Origin: Geminicoccus sp.
Lineage (GTDB): Bacteria > Pseudomonadota > Alphaproteobacteria > Geminicoccales > Geminicoccaceae
Assembly: GCA_035326425.1 (NCBI GenBank)
Contig: DAOLFG010000005.1
Location: 29,827-93,826 of the forward strand
Length of the DNA: 64,000 nucleotides
Direction: 5' to 3'
Each line of letters opens with the position of its first letter. Position 1 is the stretch's first letter. The notes beneath the pieces are model-generated. The model made no database searches and was not told the DNA's origin. It was given only the letters and a program-made list of their open reading frames with translations. This document shows positions 19,258 to 29,403 of this stretch, in pieces. The position numbers were made by a program, and so were the translations under genes.

Positions 19258-19947
19258 ATGATCCCGCTGCGCGACGACACTCCGACGCACCGCCCGCCGA
19301 TCGCGACCATGGTGCTGATCGGCGCCTGCGCGGTGGCCTTCCTGTGGCAGCTCGGCCAGGGAAGCCCGGGCATGGAGATCGCCATCTATCGGCTGGGCAT
19401 GATCCCGGCCGTGCTGCTGGGCACCGCACCGGCCGACATCGCCGCCGTGCCACCCGCCCTCACCCTGGTCACCTCGATGTTCCTGCATGGCGGCTGGATG
19501 CATCTGCTCGGCAACATGCTGTACTTGTGGATCTTCGGCAACAATGTCGAGGATCGGCTGGGCCACCTGCCCTTCGTCGTCTTCTATCTCGCCTGCGGGC
19601 TGGTGGCTGCCGCCGCCCAGATTCTGCCCGACCCGGGCTCGGGGATTCCGATGGTCGGCGCCAGCGGCGCCATCTCAGGCGTGCTCGGCGCCTATGTCGT
19701 GCTGTTCCCGCATGCACGCGTGCTGGTGATGATCCCGGTGGGCATCCTGCTGTTCCGCCATGTCCGGGCGGCCTGGGTGCTGGGAATCTGGTTCGCCATG
19801 CAGTTCGTCTCGGCCATGATTGCACCCAGCGGGAGCGGTGTCGCCTGGTGGGCGCATGTCGGCGGCTTCGTCACGGGCTTCCTGGCGATGCAGCCGCTGC
19901 GCCGCCGCCTGCCGTCCCGGCGCCACCGGCCCGGACCCTGGGGCTGA
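19258..19947 (+). CDS. Rhomboid family intramembrane serine protease
   Basis: The last 229 aa of track ORF 16921..19947. Motifs HGGWMHLLGNM, catalytic GASGAISG and AHVGGFVTG. Confidence 0.9.
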   Translation: MIPLRDDTPTHRPPIATMVLIGACAVAFLWQLGQGSPGMEIAIYRLGMIPAVLLGTAPADIAAVPPALTLVTSMFLHGGWMHLLGNMLYLWIFGNNVEDRLGHLPFVVFYLACGLVAAAAQILPDPGSGIPMVGASGAISGVLGAYVVLFPHARVLVMIPVGILLFRHVRAAWVLGIWFAMQFVSAMIAPSGSGVAWWAHVGGFVTGFLAMQPLRRRLPSRRHRPGPWG

Positions 19948-19997
19948 GCCACACCCCGCCGCCTGTCGAAGGACCGCCCTCCGCCAGCCGGCGGCGG

Positions 19998-22028
19998 TCA
20001 GGACTCCCGTTCGGCCCGCTCCGCCTCGTCCCGCGCGTCGCGCGGTCCGGGCGGCGGCGCTGCCACGATCTCCGACACCGCGGGTCCGTCGAGCACGACC
20101 TCGTACACCATCCGGCTCTCCAGCACGCGCTGCACGTAGTTGCGCGTCTCGGCGAACGGGATCATCTCGATCCAGTCGATCAGCCGATGAGCGTCGCTGC
20201 GCCGCGGGTCGCCGTTCTGGTCGAGCCAGGCGACCACCCGAGCCGGCCCGGCATTGTAGGCCGCAAGCGCCAGCGCCAGCTCGCCGTCGAAACGCACGAT
20301 CTGCTGCTGCAGATAGCTCGACCCCAGCCGCGCATTGTAGTCCGGATCGCTGGTCAGCCTGCCCAGGGCGTAGCCCATGTCGAGCTTCTGGGCGATGCCC
20401 TTGGCGGTGCCGGGCATCAGCTGCATGATGCCGCGTGCCCCCGCCGGGCTGGTGGCGGTCGGATCGAACTGGCTCTCCTGCCGGGCGATCGCCAGGCGCA
20501 GCGCCGGCTCCGGCAGGCCCGCCACCGCGGCGGTCAGCCCCTTCACCCGCGGCACCGGGTGGCTGGCACGGAGGTCCGGCTCACTGTTGCGCGTGACGCC
20601 CTTGGCGGCCCTGACCGCGATGTCGGCGCGGCCGCAGCTCTTGCCGAGGCCGACGACGAAGGCCGCGTCGGCCGGATTCTCGCCGGCGTCGCTGGCGAGC
20701 CTGCCGACGAACGGCACCGCACGCGCATACTCGCCGAGGCTGCACAGCAACGCCGCCATCCGGGCCGGCTCGGAGCCGACGAGGCCGGACCGCTCCCCCG
20801 CCACGGTCGTTGCCGCCTCGCGGCCGCGCAGCTGCAGGCCGAGCTCGCCGGCGGCGAGCTGTCCGTAGTAGGTGGTGCTGAAGGCGGCGGCTGCCGTGAG
20901 CCAGCGCTCGGCCTCGTCGTGCCGGCCGAGCTCGCCGGCGGCGCGCCCGGCCCAGTAGCCGGCCCGCGCCTGGCTGATCGGCATCTTGACGTACTGGGCC
21001 ATGCGCTTGAAATGCCCGAGCGCCGCCGACGGATTGGCGGTGAAGCGCAGCGCCAGCCAGCCGGCCAGCCACTCGGCCTCCACGAGATCGGCGCCGTCGC
21101 TGACGCCATGGCGGGCGGCCAGCCTGTAGGCGGTGCCGTAGTCCCTGGCCGCCATGGCGCGGCGGACCTGGATCGACCGCTCGTCCCACCATTTGTCCGG
21201 CCGGCCGAGCTCCGCCGGCGGATCGAGCAGGATGGCGTTGGCCTCGGCGTCGCGGCCCTTCAGTCGACGCCAGCGCACCCGCTCGTAGGCCAGGCCCGGA
21301 TCGTTGCGCAGCGAGCGCGGCACGGCGGCCAGGGCCTGGTCGACCCCGGGGGCGGAGCTGCGCAGCTGGATGCGCGCCGTCGCCACAGCCTGCCTGTCGG
21401 CATCGACCAGCGCAAACATCCGCCGCGCAGCCTCGGCCTCGCCGTCCCAGAGCAGGCGGTCGAGCCGTGTCATGTGGTCCGCACGCGTCAGGTACTTGCC
21501 GAAGCGGCCGAGAAAGTCCTGCTCCTCGGCGCGGGGAAAGGAATCGTCGGTCCAGCTCTGCCGCAGCAGCGCCGCGGCGTCGCGGTCCCGGCCCTGCGCC
21601 AGCAGCGCCTCGGCCAGCGCGATCCGGCCATGACGGGTCCGTGGCGCACGATCGGCAAAGAAGTCGAAGCGCTGGCTGCCCGAGACCGTGGCGTCGATCG
21701 CATCCTCGGCACGCGACTGCAGCTCGGCCTCGGCGGGCCAGCCGGGGTGACGGGAGAGGAAGCCCGCATAGCTGTCGAAGGAGGCTTCGGACCGCCGGTC
21801 TCGCAGCCTCAGCCAGTCGATATAGGTGCGCAGCAACGGCTCCTGCGCACCGCGCAGGATCGCGTCGGCCCAGTCGAACTGTCCGGCCTGGGCTGCCGCC
21901 AGCGCCTTCGTCGCCTTGTCCCGGCTCGCGGCATCGAGTGCCGCGACAGGGCTCGCCGCGCCGATCGCGACCATCGCGGCCGCCCAGACGAGCAGCCCCC
22001 GCGCCTTCGAGCGACCGCCTGCCGTCAT
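19998..22028 (-). CDS. Soluble lytic murein transglycosylase (Slt70-like)
   Basis: 676 aa with a signal peptide and a superhelical N-domain. C-terminal SLT domain with the catalytic ARQESQFDP and GIMQLMPGTA. Confidence 0.9.
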   Translation of the reverse strand: MTAGGRSKARGLLVWAAAMVAIGAASPVAALDAASRDKATKALAAAQAGQFDWADAILRGAQEPLLRTYIDWLRLRDRRSEASFDSYAGFLSRHPGWPAEAELQSRAEDAIDATVSGSQRFDFFADRAPRTRHGRIALAEALLAQGRDRDAAALLRQSWTDDSFPRAEEQDFLGRFGKYLTRADHMTRLDRLLWDGEAEAARRMFALVDADRQAVATARIQLRSSAPGVDQALAAVPRSLRNDPGLAYERVRWRRLKGRDAEANAILLDPPAELGRPDKWWDERSIQVRRAMAARDYGTAYRLAARHGVSDGADLVEAEWLAGWLALRFTANPSAALGHFKRMAQYVKMPISQARAGYWAGRAAGELGRHDEAERWLTAAAAFSTTYYGQLAAGELGLQLRGREAATTVAGERSGLVGSEPARMAALLCSLGEYARAVPFVGRLASDAGENPADAAFVVGLGKSCGRADIAVRAAKGVTRNSEPDLRASHPVPRVKGLTAAVAGLPEPALRLAIARQESQFDPTATSPAGARGIMQLMPGTAKGIAQKLDMGYALGRLTSDPDYNARLGSSYLQQQIVRFDGELALALAAYNAGPARVVAWLDQNGDPRRSDAHRLIDWIEMIPFAETRNYVQRVLESRMVYEVVLDGPAVSEIVAAPPPGPRDARDEAERAERES

Positions 22029-22157
22029 TCATCGATTCCCGAGCTGCCACGCCGCACCATCGCCGATCCGCCCCACCGCCGCGGCGAGCCTGCTTGTCGC
22101 CGATCCCGACGCCAACTATGGTCGAAGATGGTTGAGCAACGATGAACAGCCGGGCGG

Positions 22158-23042
22158 TTGAAAGAGATGTTGCATGGCTCGATTGTGGCGCTTGTTACGC
22201 CCTTCCGCAACGGCTGCGTCGACGAGAACGCCTACCAGGACTTGGTGGAGTGGCACATCGGCCAGGGTACCCACGGCTTCGTGCCGGTGGGCACCACCGG
22301 CGAGAGCCCGACGCTGAGCCATGCCGAGCACGAGCGGGTCGTCGAGCTGTGCATCGAGGCGGTGGCCGGGCGCCGTCCGGTGGTCGCCGGCACCGGCTCG
22401 AACTCGACCGAGGAAGCCATCAGCCTGACGCGCCATGCCGCCAAGGCCGGGGCCGACGCGGCGCTGGTGGTCACGCCCTACTACAACAAGCCGACCCAGG
22501 AGGGCCTGTTCGCCCATTTCAAGGCCATCCAGGATGCGGTCGACCTGCCGATCGTCATCTACAACATCCCCGGACGCTCGATCGTCGACATGACGCCCGA
22601 GACGATGGGGCGGCTGGCGGCCCTGCCCAACATCGTGGGCGTGAAGGACTCCTCGGCCGACATCACTCGCCCGTTGCAGACCACCGCGACCTGCGGGCCA
22701 GAGTTCAACCAGCTCTCGGGCGAGGACGGCAACGCCCTGGCCTTCCGGGCGCATGGCGGCCACGGCTGCATCTCGGTGACCGCCAACGTGGCGCCGGCGC
22801 TGTGCGCGCAGATGCACGAGGCCTGGGAGGCCGGGCGGCCCGACGAGGCGCTGGCGATCCATCGCCGGTTGATGCCGCTGCACGGCGCGCTGTTCTGCGA
22901 GACGAGCCCGTCGCCCGCCAAGTACGCACTGAGCCGGATGGGCCGGTGCGAGGCGGACGTGCGGCTGCCGCTGGTCGGGCTCACCGACGCTTCCAAGGCG
23001 AGGGTCGAGGCCGCCATGGCCGCCGTCGGGATCAACGCCTGA
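22158..23042 (+). CDS. dapA: 4-hydroxy-tetrahydrodipicolinate synthase
   Basis: 294 aa. [20 protein letters not shown] and [10 protein letters not shown] motifs. Confidence 0.95.
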   Translation: MKEMLHGSIVALVTPFRNGCVDENAYQDLVEWHIGQGTHGFVPVGTTGESPTLSHAEHERVVELCIEAVAGRRPVVAGTGSNSTEEAISLTRHAAKAGADAALVVTPYYNKPTQEGLFAHFKAIQDAVDLPIVIYNIPGRSIVDMTPETMGRLAALPNIVGVKDSSADITRPLQTTATCGPEFNQLSGEDGNALAFRAHGGHGCISVTANVAPALCAQMHEAWEAGRPDEALAIHRRLMPLHGALFCETSPSPAKYALSRMGRCEADVRLPLVGLTDASKARVEAAMAAVGINA

Positions 23043-23049
23043 GACGCTC

Positions 23050-23523
23050 ATGGACAAGGCCGCCGAAGGGCGGAAGGTGGCGGCGCAGAACCGCAAGGCC
23101 TTCTTCAACTATCACATCGACGAGCGGATCGAGGCCGGCATCGCGCTGACCGGCACCGAGGTGAAGTCGCTGCGCGAGGGCCGGGCCACGATCGGCGAGG
23201 CGCACGCCGGCGAGATGGGCGGCGAGCTGTGGCTCTTCAACGCCTTCATCCCCGAATATGACAAGGGCCACCAGTTCAACCACGAGACGCGGCGGCCGCG
23301 GAAGCTGCTGGTTCGTCGGCGTGAGATGGCGAAGCTGTTCAACGCCGTGCAGCGCAAGGGCATGACCCTCGTGGCGCTGTCGATCTATTTCAACCCGCGC
23401 GGCATGGCCAAGGTCGAGCTGGCCCTGGCGCGCGGCAAGCAGCTGCACGACAAGCGCGCCACCGAGAAGGAGCGCGACTGGCAGCGCGAGAAGGGCCGCC
23501 TGATGCGCGCCGGCGCCGATTAG
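23050..23523 (+). CDS. smpB: SsrA-binding protein
   Basis: 157 aa. NRKA.FNY...[13 protein letters not shown] and a basic C-terminal tail. Confidence 0.95.
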   Translation: MDKAAEGRKVAAQNRKAFFNYHIDERIEAGIALTGTEVKSLREGRATIGEAHAGEMGGELWLFNAFIPEYDKGHQFNHETRRPRKLLVRRREMAKLFNAVQRKGMTLVALSIYFNPRGMAKVELALARGKQLHDKRATEKERDWQREKGRLMRAGAD

Positions 23524-23603
23524 CGATGGCGCTCGCCCGTGTTAACCCTTTCTTCGGCCGCGAGCGGTAGAGCCTGGGGAAGGCAATCCGTGTTGGGCTC
23601 CGT

Positions 23604-24482
23604 ATGCTGGCCATCGTCGGCTTCGTCTGCGTCATCGGCATGGTGTTCGGCGGCTACCTGCTCGCGGGCGGCAGCTTCGGCATCATCGTCAAGGCGCTGC
23701 CGTTCGAGCTGATGATGATCGGCGGCTCGGCCACCGGCACGCTGCTGATCGCCAATGGCCCGCACATCGTCAAGGGTGCCCTCGGCGACCTGAAGATGGT
23801 GGTCAGCGGCCCCAAATGGTCGAAGGACGACTATCGCGACCTGCTGTCGCTGATGTACCTGATCGTCCGCCTGCTCAAGACCAAGGGCATCCTCGCGCTC
23901 GAGCCGCATCTCGACAAGCCGCACGACAGCGAGCTGTTCGGCCGCTTTCCCAAGATCCAGCACGATCACTTCGCGCTCGACTTCATCGCCGACACGCTCC
24001 GCATGATGACCATGAGCATGGACGACCCGTACCAGGTCGAGGACTGCATGCAGCGGCTGATCAAGAAGCATCATCACGAGGTGATGCAGCGGGCCTCGGC
24101 GCTGCAGAACATCGCCGACGCGCTGCCGGCGCTGGGGATCGTCGCCGCCGTGCTCGGCATCGTGAAGACGATGAGCCATATCGACCAGCCGGTCGACGTG
24201 CTGGGCAAGATGATCGGCGGTGCCCTGGTCGGCACCTTCCTGGGCGTCTTCCTGGCCTACGGCTTCTTCGGGCCGATCGCCGCCCGGCTCAAGGACTGCT
24301 ACGACCAGGATGGCCAGTTCTACGCCATCATCCGCGAGTGCCTCGTCGGCTATCTGCACGGCCATTCGGCGCCCATCGCCGTCGAGCTCGCCCGTGGCAA
24401 CGTGCCGAGCGTGCTCCAGCCGAGCTTCCACGAGCTGGACGAGGTGCTGAGCGCCTTGCCGGCCGACCCGCTGGCACGCTGA
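23604..24482 (+). CDS. motA: Flagellar motor stator protein MotA
   Basis: 292 aa with 4 TM. Typical MotA size and plug/loop pattern, with ALPALGIVAAVLGIV in TM3/4. Confidence 0.9.
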   Translation: MLAIVGFVCVIGMVFGGYLLAGGSFGIIVKALPFELMMIGGSATGTLLIANGPHIVKGALGDLKMVVSGPKWSKDDYRDLLSLMYLIVRLLKTKGILALEPHLDKPHDSELFGRFPKIQHDHFALDFIADTLRMMTMSMDDPYQVEDCMQRLIKKHHHEVMQRASALQNIADALPALGIVAAVLGIVKTMSHIDQPVDVLGKMIGGALVGTFLGVFLAYGFFGPIAARLKDCYDQDGQFYAIIRECLVGYLHGHSAPIAVELARGNVPSVLQPSFHELDEVLSALPADPLAR

Positions 24483-24500
24483 CGGCCGGACGGCACCACC

Positions 24501-25430
24501 ATGGCCAGGGACGGTGGCAGGCCGGTCATCATCAAGCGCATCGTTGACGAGGGCCATCACGGACATCATGGCGGCGCCTGGAAGGTCGCCTATGCCGATT
24601 TCGTGACGGCGATGATGGCCTTCTTCCTGATGCTGTGGCTGCTCAGCACCTCGAGCGAGGACACGCTCAAGGGTCTCGCCGAATATTTCACCGATGCCAG
24701 TGCCAACGAGGGCACGCCGGGCGGCGTCGGCGGCATGCTGAACGGCATCAGTGTGCTGCCGGCCAAGCCGATCTTCGACCAGCCCAGCTCGTCGTTCGCG
24801 GCGGCGCAGCGGGCGTTGCCGGCGATGGAGCTCGATACGGAGCCCTTGGAATCGGAGGAGCTGCAGCCGGCTCGCCATGCCGAGGTCGAAACCGAGGCTG
24901 ATGGGCCCCAGGCCCGGCTCGGGCAGCAGGAGGAGACGCGCTTCGAGATCGCGAAGGAGGCCATCATCGAGGCCATAGAGCATTCGCCCGAGCTCGGCGC
25001 TTTCGCCGACAGCATCGTCGTCGAGGAGACCGCCGAGGGCCTGCGCATCCAGCTCCTGGATCGGGAGAACATGGCGATGTTCCCGACCGGCAGCGACAGG
25101 ATGGAAGCCCACACCGAGCGGCTGCTGCGTATCGTCACCCGGGCGATCCTGCCGCTGCCCAACCGCGTGTCGATCCGCGGCCACACCGATTCCCGGCCGT
25201 TCGCCAATGGCAGCTACGACAACTGGCGATTGTCTTCCGATCGAGCCAATGCCACCCGCCTCGCCATGCTGGCGGCCGGGCTGCCTTCCGGCCGCATCGC
25301 CGAGGTCGTCGGCAAGGCCGATGCCGAGCACCTGTTCCCGGCCGATCCCAACGACGCACGCAACCGGCGCATGTCGATCGTGCTGCTGCGCGACGTCCCG
25401 GTCTCGGCCGCGAGGCGGACCGACGGATAG
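24501..25430 (+). CDS. motB: Flagellar motor protein MotB (OmpA-like C-terminal domain)
   Basis: GAWKVAYADFVTAMMAFFLMLWLL (TM with the conserved Asp). C-terminal OmpA/MotB peptidoglycan-binding domain (GHTD..P......NW.LS..RA...NRR..I.L). Confidence 0.9.
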   Translation: MARDGGRPVIIKRIVDEGHHGHHGGAWKVAYADFVTAMMAFFLMLWLLSTSSEDTLKGLAEYFTDASANEGTPGGVGGMLNGISVLPAKPIFDQPSSSFAAAQRALPAMELDTEPLESEELQPARHAEVETEADGPQARLGQQEETRFEIAKEAIIEAIEHSPELGAFADSIVVEETAEGLRIQLLDRENMAMFPTGSDRMEAHTERLLRIVTRAILPLPNRVSIRGHTDSRPFANGSYDNWRLSSDRANATRLAMLAAGLPSGRIAEVVGKADAEHLFPADPNDARNRRMSIVLLRDVPVSAARRTDG

Positions 25431-26711
25431 CCGCCGATGCGGTCGCCGGGAACGGCCCCACGGACACGCGGCCGATGCGCAGGGTCGGCCCGAGCGGGCG
25501 GCGGCGGCCGTCTGCTGGCGTTCCTCCTGGGCCACCATTGCCGTGGTGGCGGTAACGAAGGCGATGGGGCCTTGCGCTTCCAGTGGCGGGGCGGCACGCC
25601 GGGTCGTGCGCCACATCGCATAGCCACCGAGCCCCAGATGGACGCACACCAGGTGGAGCACGAAGCCGCGTGCACCGCCCTGCATCGCGAAGGCCGCGGC
25701 GCCCGGTCCGACGACGCGGCCCGGAGCGTTGGCGAGCAGCAGCGCGCTGCTGGCGCCGACCACCTCGCCGGCATCGAGAAAGTCGTTGATGTGGGCGATC
25801 GAGAGGGAATAGAGCGGCAGCGAGAGCCCGCCGAACAGGAAGAACATCGCGAGCAGCGCCGACAGCGGCGGATCGGGTACGATCGCAGCACCCGCGATCG
25901 GCAGGGTCACGGCGGCCAGGATGCTGCGGCGGTCGAAGCGATCGGAAAGCCGGCCCAGGGGATATTGCAGGCAGGCACCGCCGAGGACCGCGGCGGCCAT
26001 CAGAGCCGAGATGGCGTCGGTGCCGAGGCCGATCTCGCTGGCGAACACCGGTCCGATGGCAAACAGCGCCGACTGGCTCGGGCCCACGCCCACGACGCCG
26101 GCGAATCCCAGGGGCGAGACCCGGAAAAGCCGCACCAACCCGAAGGAACGGTAGGAGGTCGAGATCGGCGCGGGATTGTCCGACAGCAGGATCGGCACGG
26201 CTGCGAGCGAAACCAGCACCGAGACGAGGATGAACAGGCTCTGGCCTGCCGGATCGGCGATCGGCAGGAGGAGCCGGCCACCGGCGAAGCCGCCGAGCTG
26301 GACCGATATGTAGATCGAGAACGGCCGTCCGCGGCTGTCATTGTCGGCGCGGTCGTTGAGCCGGCTCTCGGCAACGATGTAGCCGGCGCAGAAGCAGACT
26401 CCGGTGACGAGACGCATCAGAAACCACAAGATCGGCTCGGCGAGCAGCGATTGAAACAGGATCGTGGTGGATGCCGGCGACACCAGCGCACCGAACACCC
26501 GGACATGGCCGACACGGGCGACGAGCCCGGGCGTCAGCAGGGCGCCGACGATGAGGCCGATGAAATGGCCCGACATCACGATGCCGGTGATCGCCGTTCC
26601 GAACTGCTGTTCGGCACGCAGCGACAGCAGCGTGCTCTGCAGCCCGTGGCCCAGCATCAGGATGGCGATGCCGAGGCGCAGCGCCCAGGTCGAGCGAACG
26701 ACGGCGAGCAC
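25431..26711 (-). CDS. MFS transporter (12-TM core, aa 1 to about 365); 3' end undefined because no in-frame stop occurs until 23520
   Basis: The first ~370 aa of track ORF 23520..26711 are a clear MFS fold (TM-rich, loop motif GRLSDRFDRR). The frame then runs antisense through motB and motA. The 25431 end is only the non-overlapping part. Confidence 0.6.
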
Positions 26712-26820
26712 GAGTCGCGGCCCCGGCTCGCATTGCGTCCTTCACCGCCTATAGCGCGCCACGGACGCGGCCGGCGATCCGCCCACGCCATCGCGATGCC
26801 GCAGCCGCGATAGGGATTCG

Positions 26821-29403
26821 ATGGAGCTGCTCGTCCTCTTCCTGGCTCTCGCCGGCCTCTGGTTGCTGGTGGCGCCGGCCTGGGCGATCGTCGCCAACAG
26901 GCGCCTACGTGGCGAGGTGGACGCGCTGCGCGCCGAGGTGGCGCAGCTTCGGAATGGCCCTGCCGCGCCGCAGCCCGCCGCCTCTCCCACGGCCGTCGCG
27001 ACGGCGGAGGGGATCGAGGCGGTGGCCCCGGAGGGGGCCGCGCCGGTCGACGACCCCGAGCGAGCCCCCGCTCCGACGGCCGCGCCGCGAGCACGCGAGA
27101 GCCTGGAACAGCGGCTGGCCCAGCGCTGGCTGGTCTGGCTGGGCGGCGGGGCATTGGCGCTGGGCGGCGCCTTCATCCTGCGGTCGGCTGTCGAGCAGGG
27201 TTGGTTCGGACCGGTGGCGAGGCTGCTGCTGGCGCTGCTGCTGGGCTGCGGGCTCATCGCCACCGGCGAACGGCTTCGTCGTCGCGGCACGGCGGGCTAC
27301 GCGCCGCCGGCGCTGGCAGCCGCGGGCGTCTGCACCCTCTTCGCGACGATCTGGGCAGGTCACACGCTCTATGGCCTGTTTCCCTCCGCGATCGCCTTCC
27401 CGTCACTGGCGGCCGTCACGGCGCTGGCGATCCTGCTCGCCTGGTCGCACGGCCCTCTGCTCGCGGCCCTCGGCATCGGCGGTGCGTTCGCCGTGCCGGC
27501 CCTCGTCGACAGTGCCGATCCGTCGGCCTGGGCGCTGTTCGCCTACCTGCTGCTGCCGGTCGCCGCCAGCCTGCTGGTGCTGCGCTACCGCCCCTGGACC
27601 TGGCTCGGCTGGCTCGGGCTCGGCGGCGCCGCGACCTGGCTGGCGCTCGGCCTCCTGGCGCCGTGGCGCGCAACCGGCCCGAGCGTCGCCTTCGCCCTCG
27701 TCGTGGCAGCGCTCTACCTATTCGTCCCGGCGTGGGCGACAGGCGGCAGGCTGGCCCGCATCGGCCTCGCCCGCGTCGTGGCGGTTGCCGTCCCCACGGC
27801 GGCGGCATTCCTGCTGTCGCTGCACGTCTCGGGGCGGCCGGAAGCCGGCGAATCGCTGGGGCTACTGCTGCTGGCGGCGCTTGCGATGGCGGCCAGCCTG
27901 GTGGCACGGGTGCCTCTCGCCGCCGCCACGGCGCCGGCGGCGGCGACCATGATCGCGCTGCTGCTCTGGAACCTCGAGCCCTGGCAGGTCGGCCTGGAGC
28001 TCGCGGGCGATCCCACGATCGCCCTGCCGCCGCTGCGCCTGTTGCCCGAGCAGGCCAGTGGCTTTGTCGGCTGGGCCGCGGCTTTCGCCATTCTCCATGC
28101 GGCATTCGGGCTCGTTGTCGGTCGGCGACGGCGCTGCCGGCCGTTCCTATGGCTGTCGGCGGGCGTGCCCGTGGTCGCCCTGGCGATCCTCTATCTGCGC
28201 CTTTCCGACCTCACGCCCAGCCTGCCGTGGGCCAGCGTCGCGTTGGTGCTGGCGGCCCTCGAGCTCACGGCCGCATCCCGGGTCCACCGGATAGGCGGCG
28301 GGCGCGAGCCGCTCGCCGCCTATGCGGCCGGCACGGTGGCCGGGCTGGCCCTGGCCTGTGCCTTCGCGCTCCGGGAAGCCTGGCTCACCGTGGCACTGGC
28401 GGCGATGCTGCCCGCGCTGGGCCTGATCTGGCGGCGCCTCGACGTGCCCGGCCTGCGCACGACCGCGCTGGCATTGGCGACGATCGTGGCCGCACGGGTG
28501 GTGCTCGATCCGGAAGCCGGACGGCTGACCGACGGCGCCGCCCCGACCCTGGGCTGGATTCTCCATGGCCTCGGCCTGCCGTTGCTGGCGTTCCTCGCCG
28601 CCGGCCGGCTGTTCACCCGCGATCGCGACGACAGGCTGGCGCAGATGCTGGCCACCGGGGCGCTGCTGCTCTGGCTGGCGCTCGGCTGGGCGCTGGTGCG
28701 GCTGGTGATGGACTGGACCGGCGATCCCGCGATGGCCTCCGGCCTGGCGGAGTGGTCGCTGCATGGGCTGGTCTGGCTGACGACCGGGCTGGGGCTGCTG
28801 CGGCGCCACCGCATCTCACCCTGGGCGCCGACACTGGCAGCGGCGGCCGTGCTCTGTGTCTCGGCGCTGCTCGTCCTGCTGGCAGGACTGCTCGACATCA
28901 ATCCGCTCGCCACCGGTGCGCCGGTCGGCCGGTTGCCGATCCTCAACATCCTGCTGTTCGCCTATGCCCTGCCGGTGCCGCTGCTGGCGCTGCTCGCCCG
29001 CGAGCTGTCCATCCTGGGCCAGGCGCGTCTCGCCGCTGTCGTCGCGGCGCTGGCGATCGGGCTGGGCCTGCTCTGGCTCGGGCTGGAGCTGCGCCACGCC
29101 TTCCACGGCACGATACTGACCGGACCCACGGGCCCGGGCGAATCTTGGGCCTATACCGCGTTGCTGCTGCTCTACGCGGCGGCGCTGATGGCCGCCGGCA
29201 TCCTGCGTGCCAGCAGGCCCTTGCGCCTGGCCTCGCTGGCGATCCTGGTCCTGGCGGCCGGCAAGGCCTTCCTCGTCGACATGGCGAGCATCGATGGGCT
29301 GTGGCGCGCGGCGTCTTTCCTCGTCGTCGGCGGCTGTCTCGTGGGTATCGGTCTGGCCTACCAGCGGTTCGTGTTCCAGCGCCGGGACGAGGCGGCACCG
29401 TGA
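26821..29403 (+). CDS. DUF2339-like large polytopic membrane protein
   Basis: 860 aa. N-terminal TM plus coiled coil (RGEVDALRAEVAQLRNG) and a Pro/Ala linker, then more than 20 hydrophobic helices. Confidence 0.75.
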   Translation: MELLVLFLALAGLWLLVAPAWAIVANRRLRGEVDALRAEVAQLRNGPAAPQPAASPTAVATAEGIEAVAPEGAAPVDDPERAPAPTAAPRARESLEQRLAQRWLVWLGGGALALGGAFILRSAVEQGWFGPVARLLLALLLGCGLIATGERLRRRGTAGYAPPALAAAGVCTLFATIWAGHTLYGLFPSAIAFPSLAAVTALAILLAWSHGPLLAALGIGGAFAVPALVDSADPSAWALFAYLLLPVAASLLVLRYRPWTWLGWLGLGGAATWLALGLLAPWRATGPSVAFALVVAALYLFVPAWATGGRLARIGLARVVAVAVPTAAAFLLSLHVSGRPEAGESLGLLLLAALAMAASLVARVPLAAATAPAAATMIALLLWNLEPWQVGLELAGDPTIALPPLRLLPEQASGFVGWAAAFAILHAAFGLVVGRRRRCRPFLWLSAGVPVVALAILYLRLSDLTPSLPWASVALVLAALELTAASRVHRIGGGREPLAAYAAGTVAGLALACAFALREAWLTVALAAMLPALGLIWRRLDVPGLRTTALALATIVAARVVLDPEAGRLTDGAAPTLGWILHGLGLPLLAFLAAGRLFTRDRDDRLAQMLATGALLLWLALGWALVRLVMDWTGDPAMASGLAEWSLHGLVWLTTGLGLLRRHRISPWAPTLAAAAVLCVSALLVLLAGLLDINPLATGAPVGRLPILNILLFAYALPVPLLALLARELSILGQARLAAVVAALAIGLGLLWLGLELRHAFHGTILTGPTGPGESWAYTALLLLYAAALMAAGILRASRPLRLASLAILVLAAGKAFLVDMASIDGLWRAASFLVVGGCLVGIGLAYQRFVFQRRDEAAP

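Noticed and set aside
23524-23603. Sigma28-type flagellar promoter upstream of motA (TTAAC...GCGGTAGA)
   Set aside because: The match to TAAA-N15-GCCGATAA is poor (about half the -10 positions), and alphaproteobacterial flagellar promoters differ. It cannot be supported by eye.
23604-25430. MotA/MotB pair as the ZorA/ZorB core of a Zorya defence system
   Set aside because: Both proteins have canonical flagellar-stator sizes. MotA (292 aa) has no long coiled-coil tail, and MotB has the normal plug, TM and OmpA-like domain. No ZorC/D-like genes follow.
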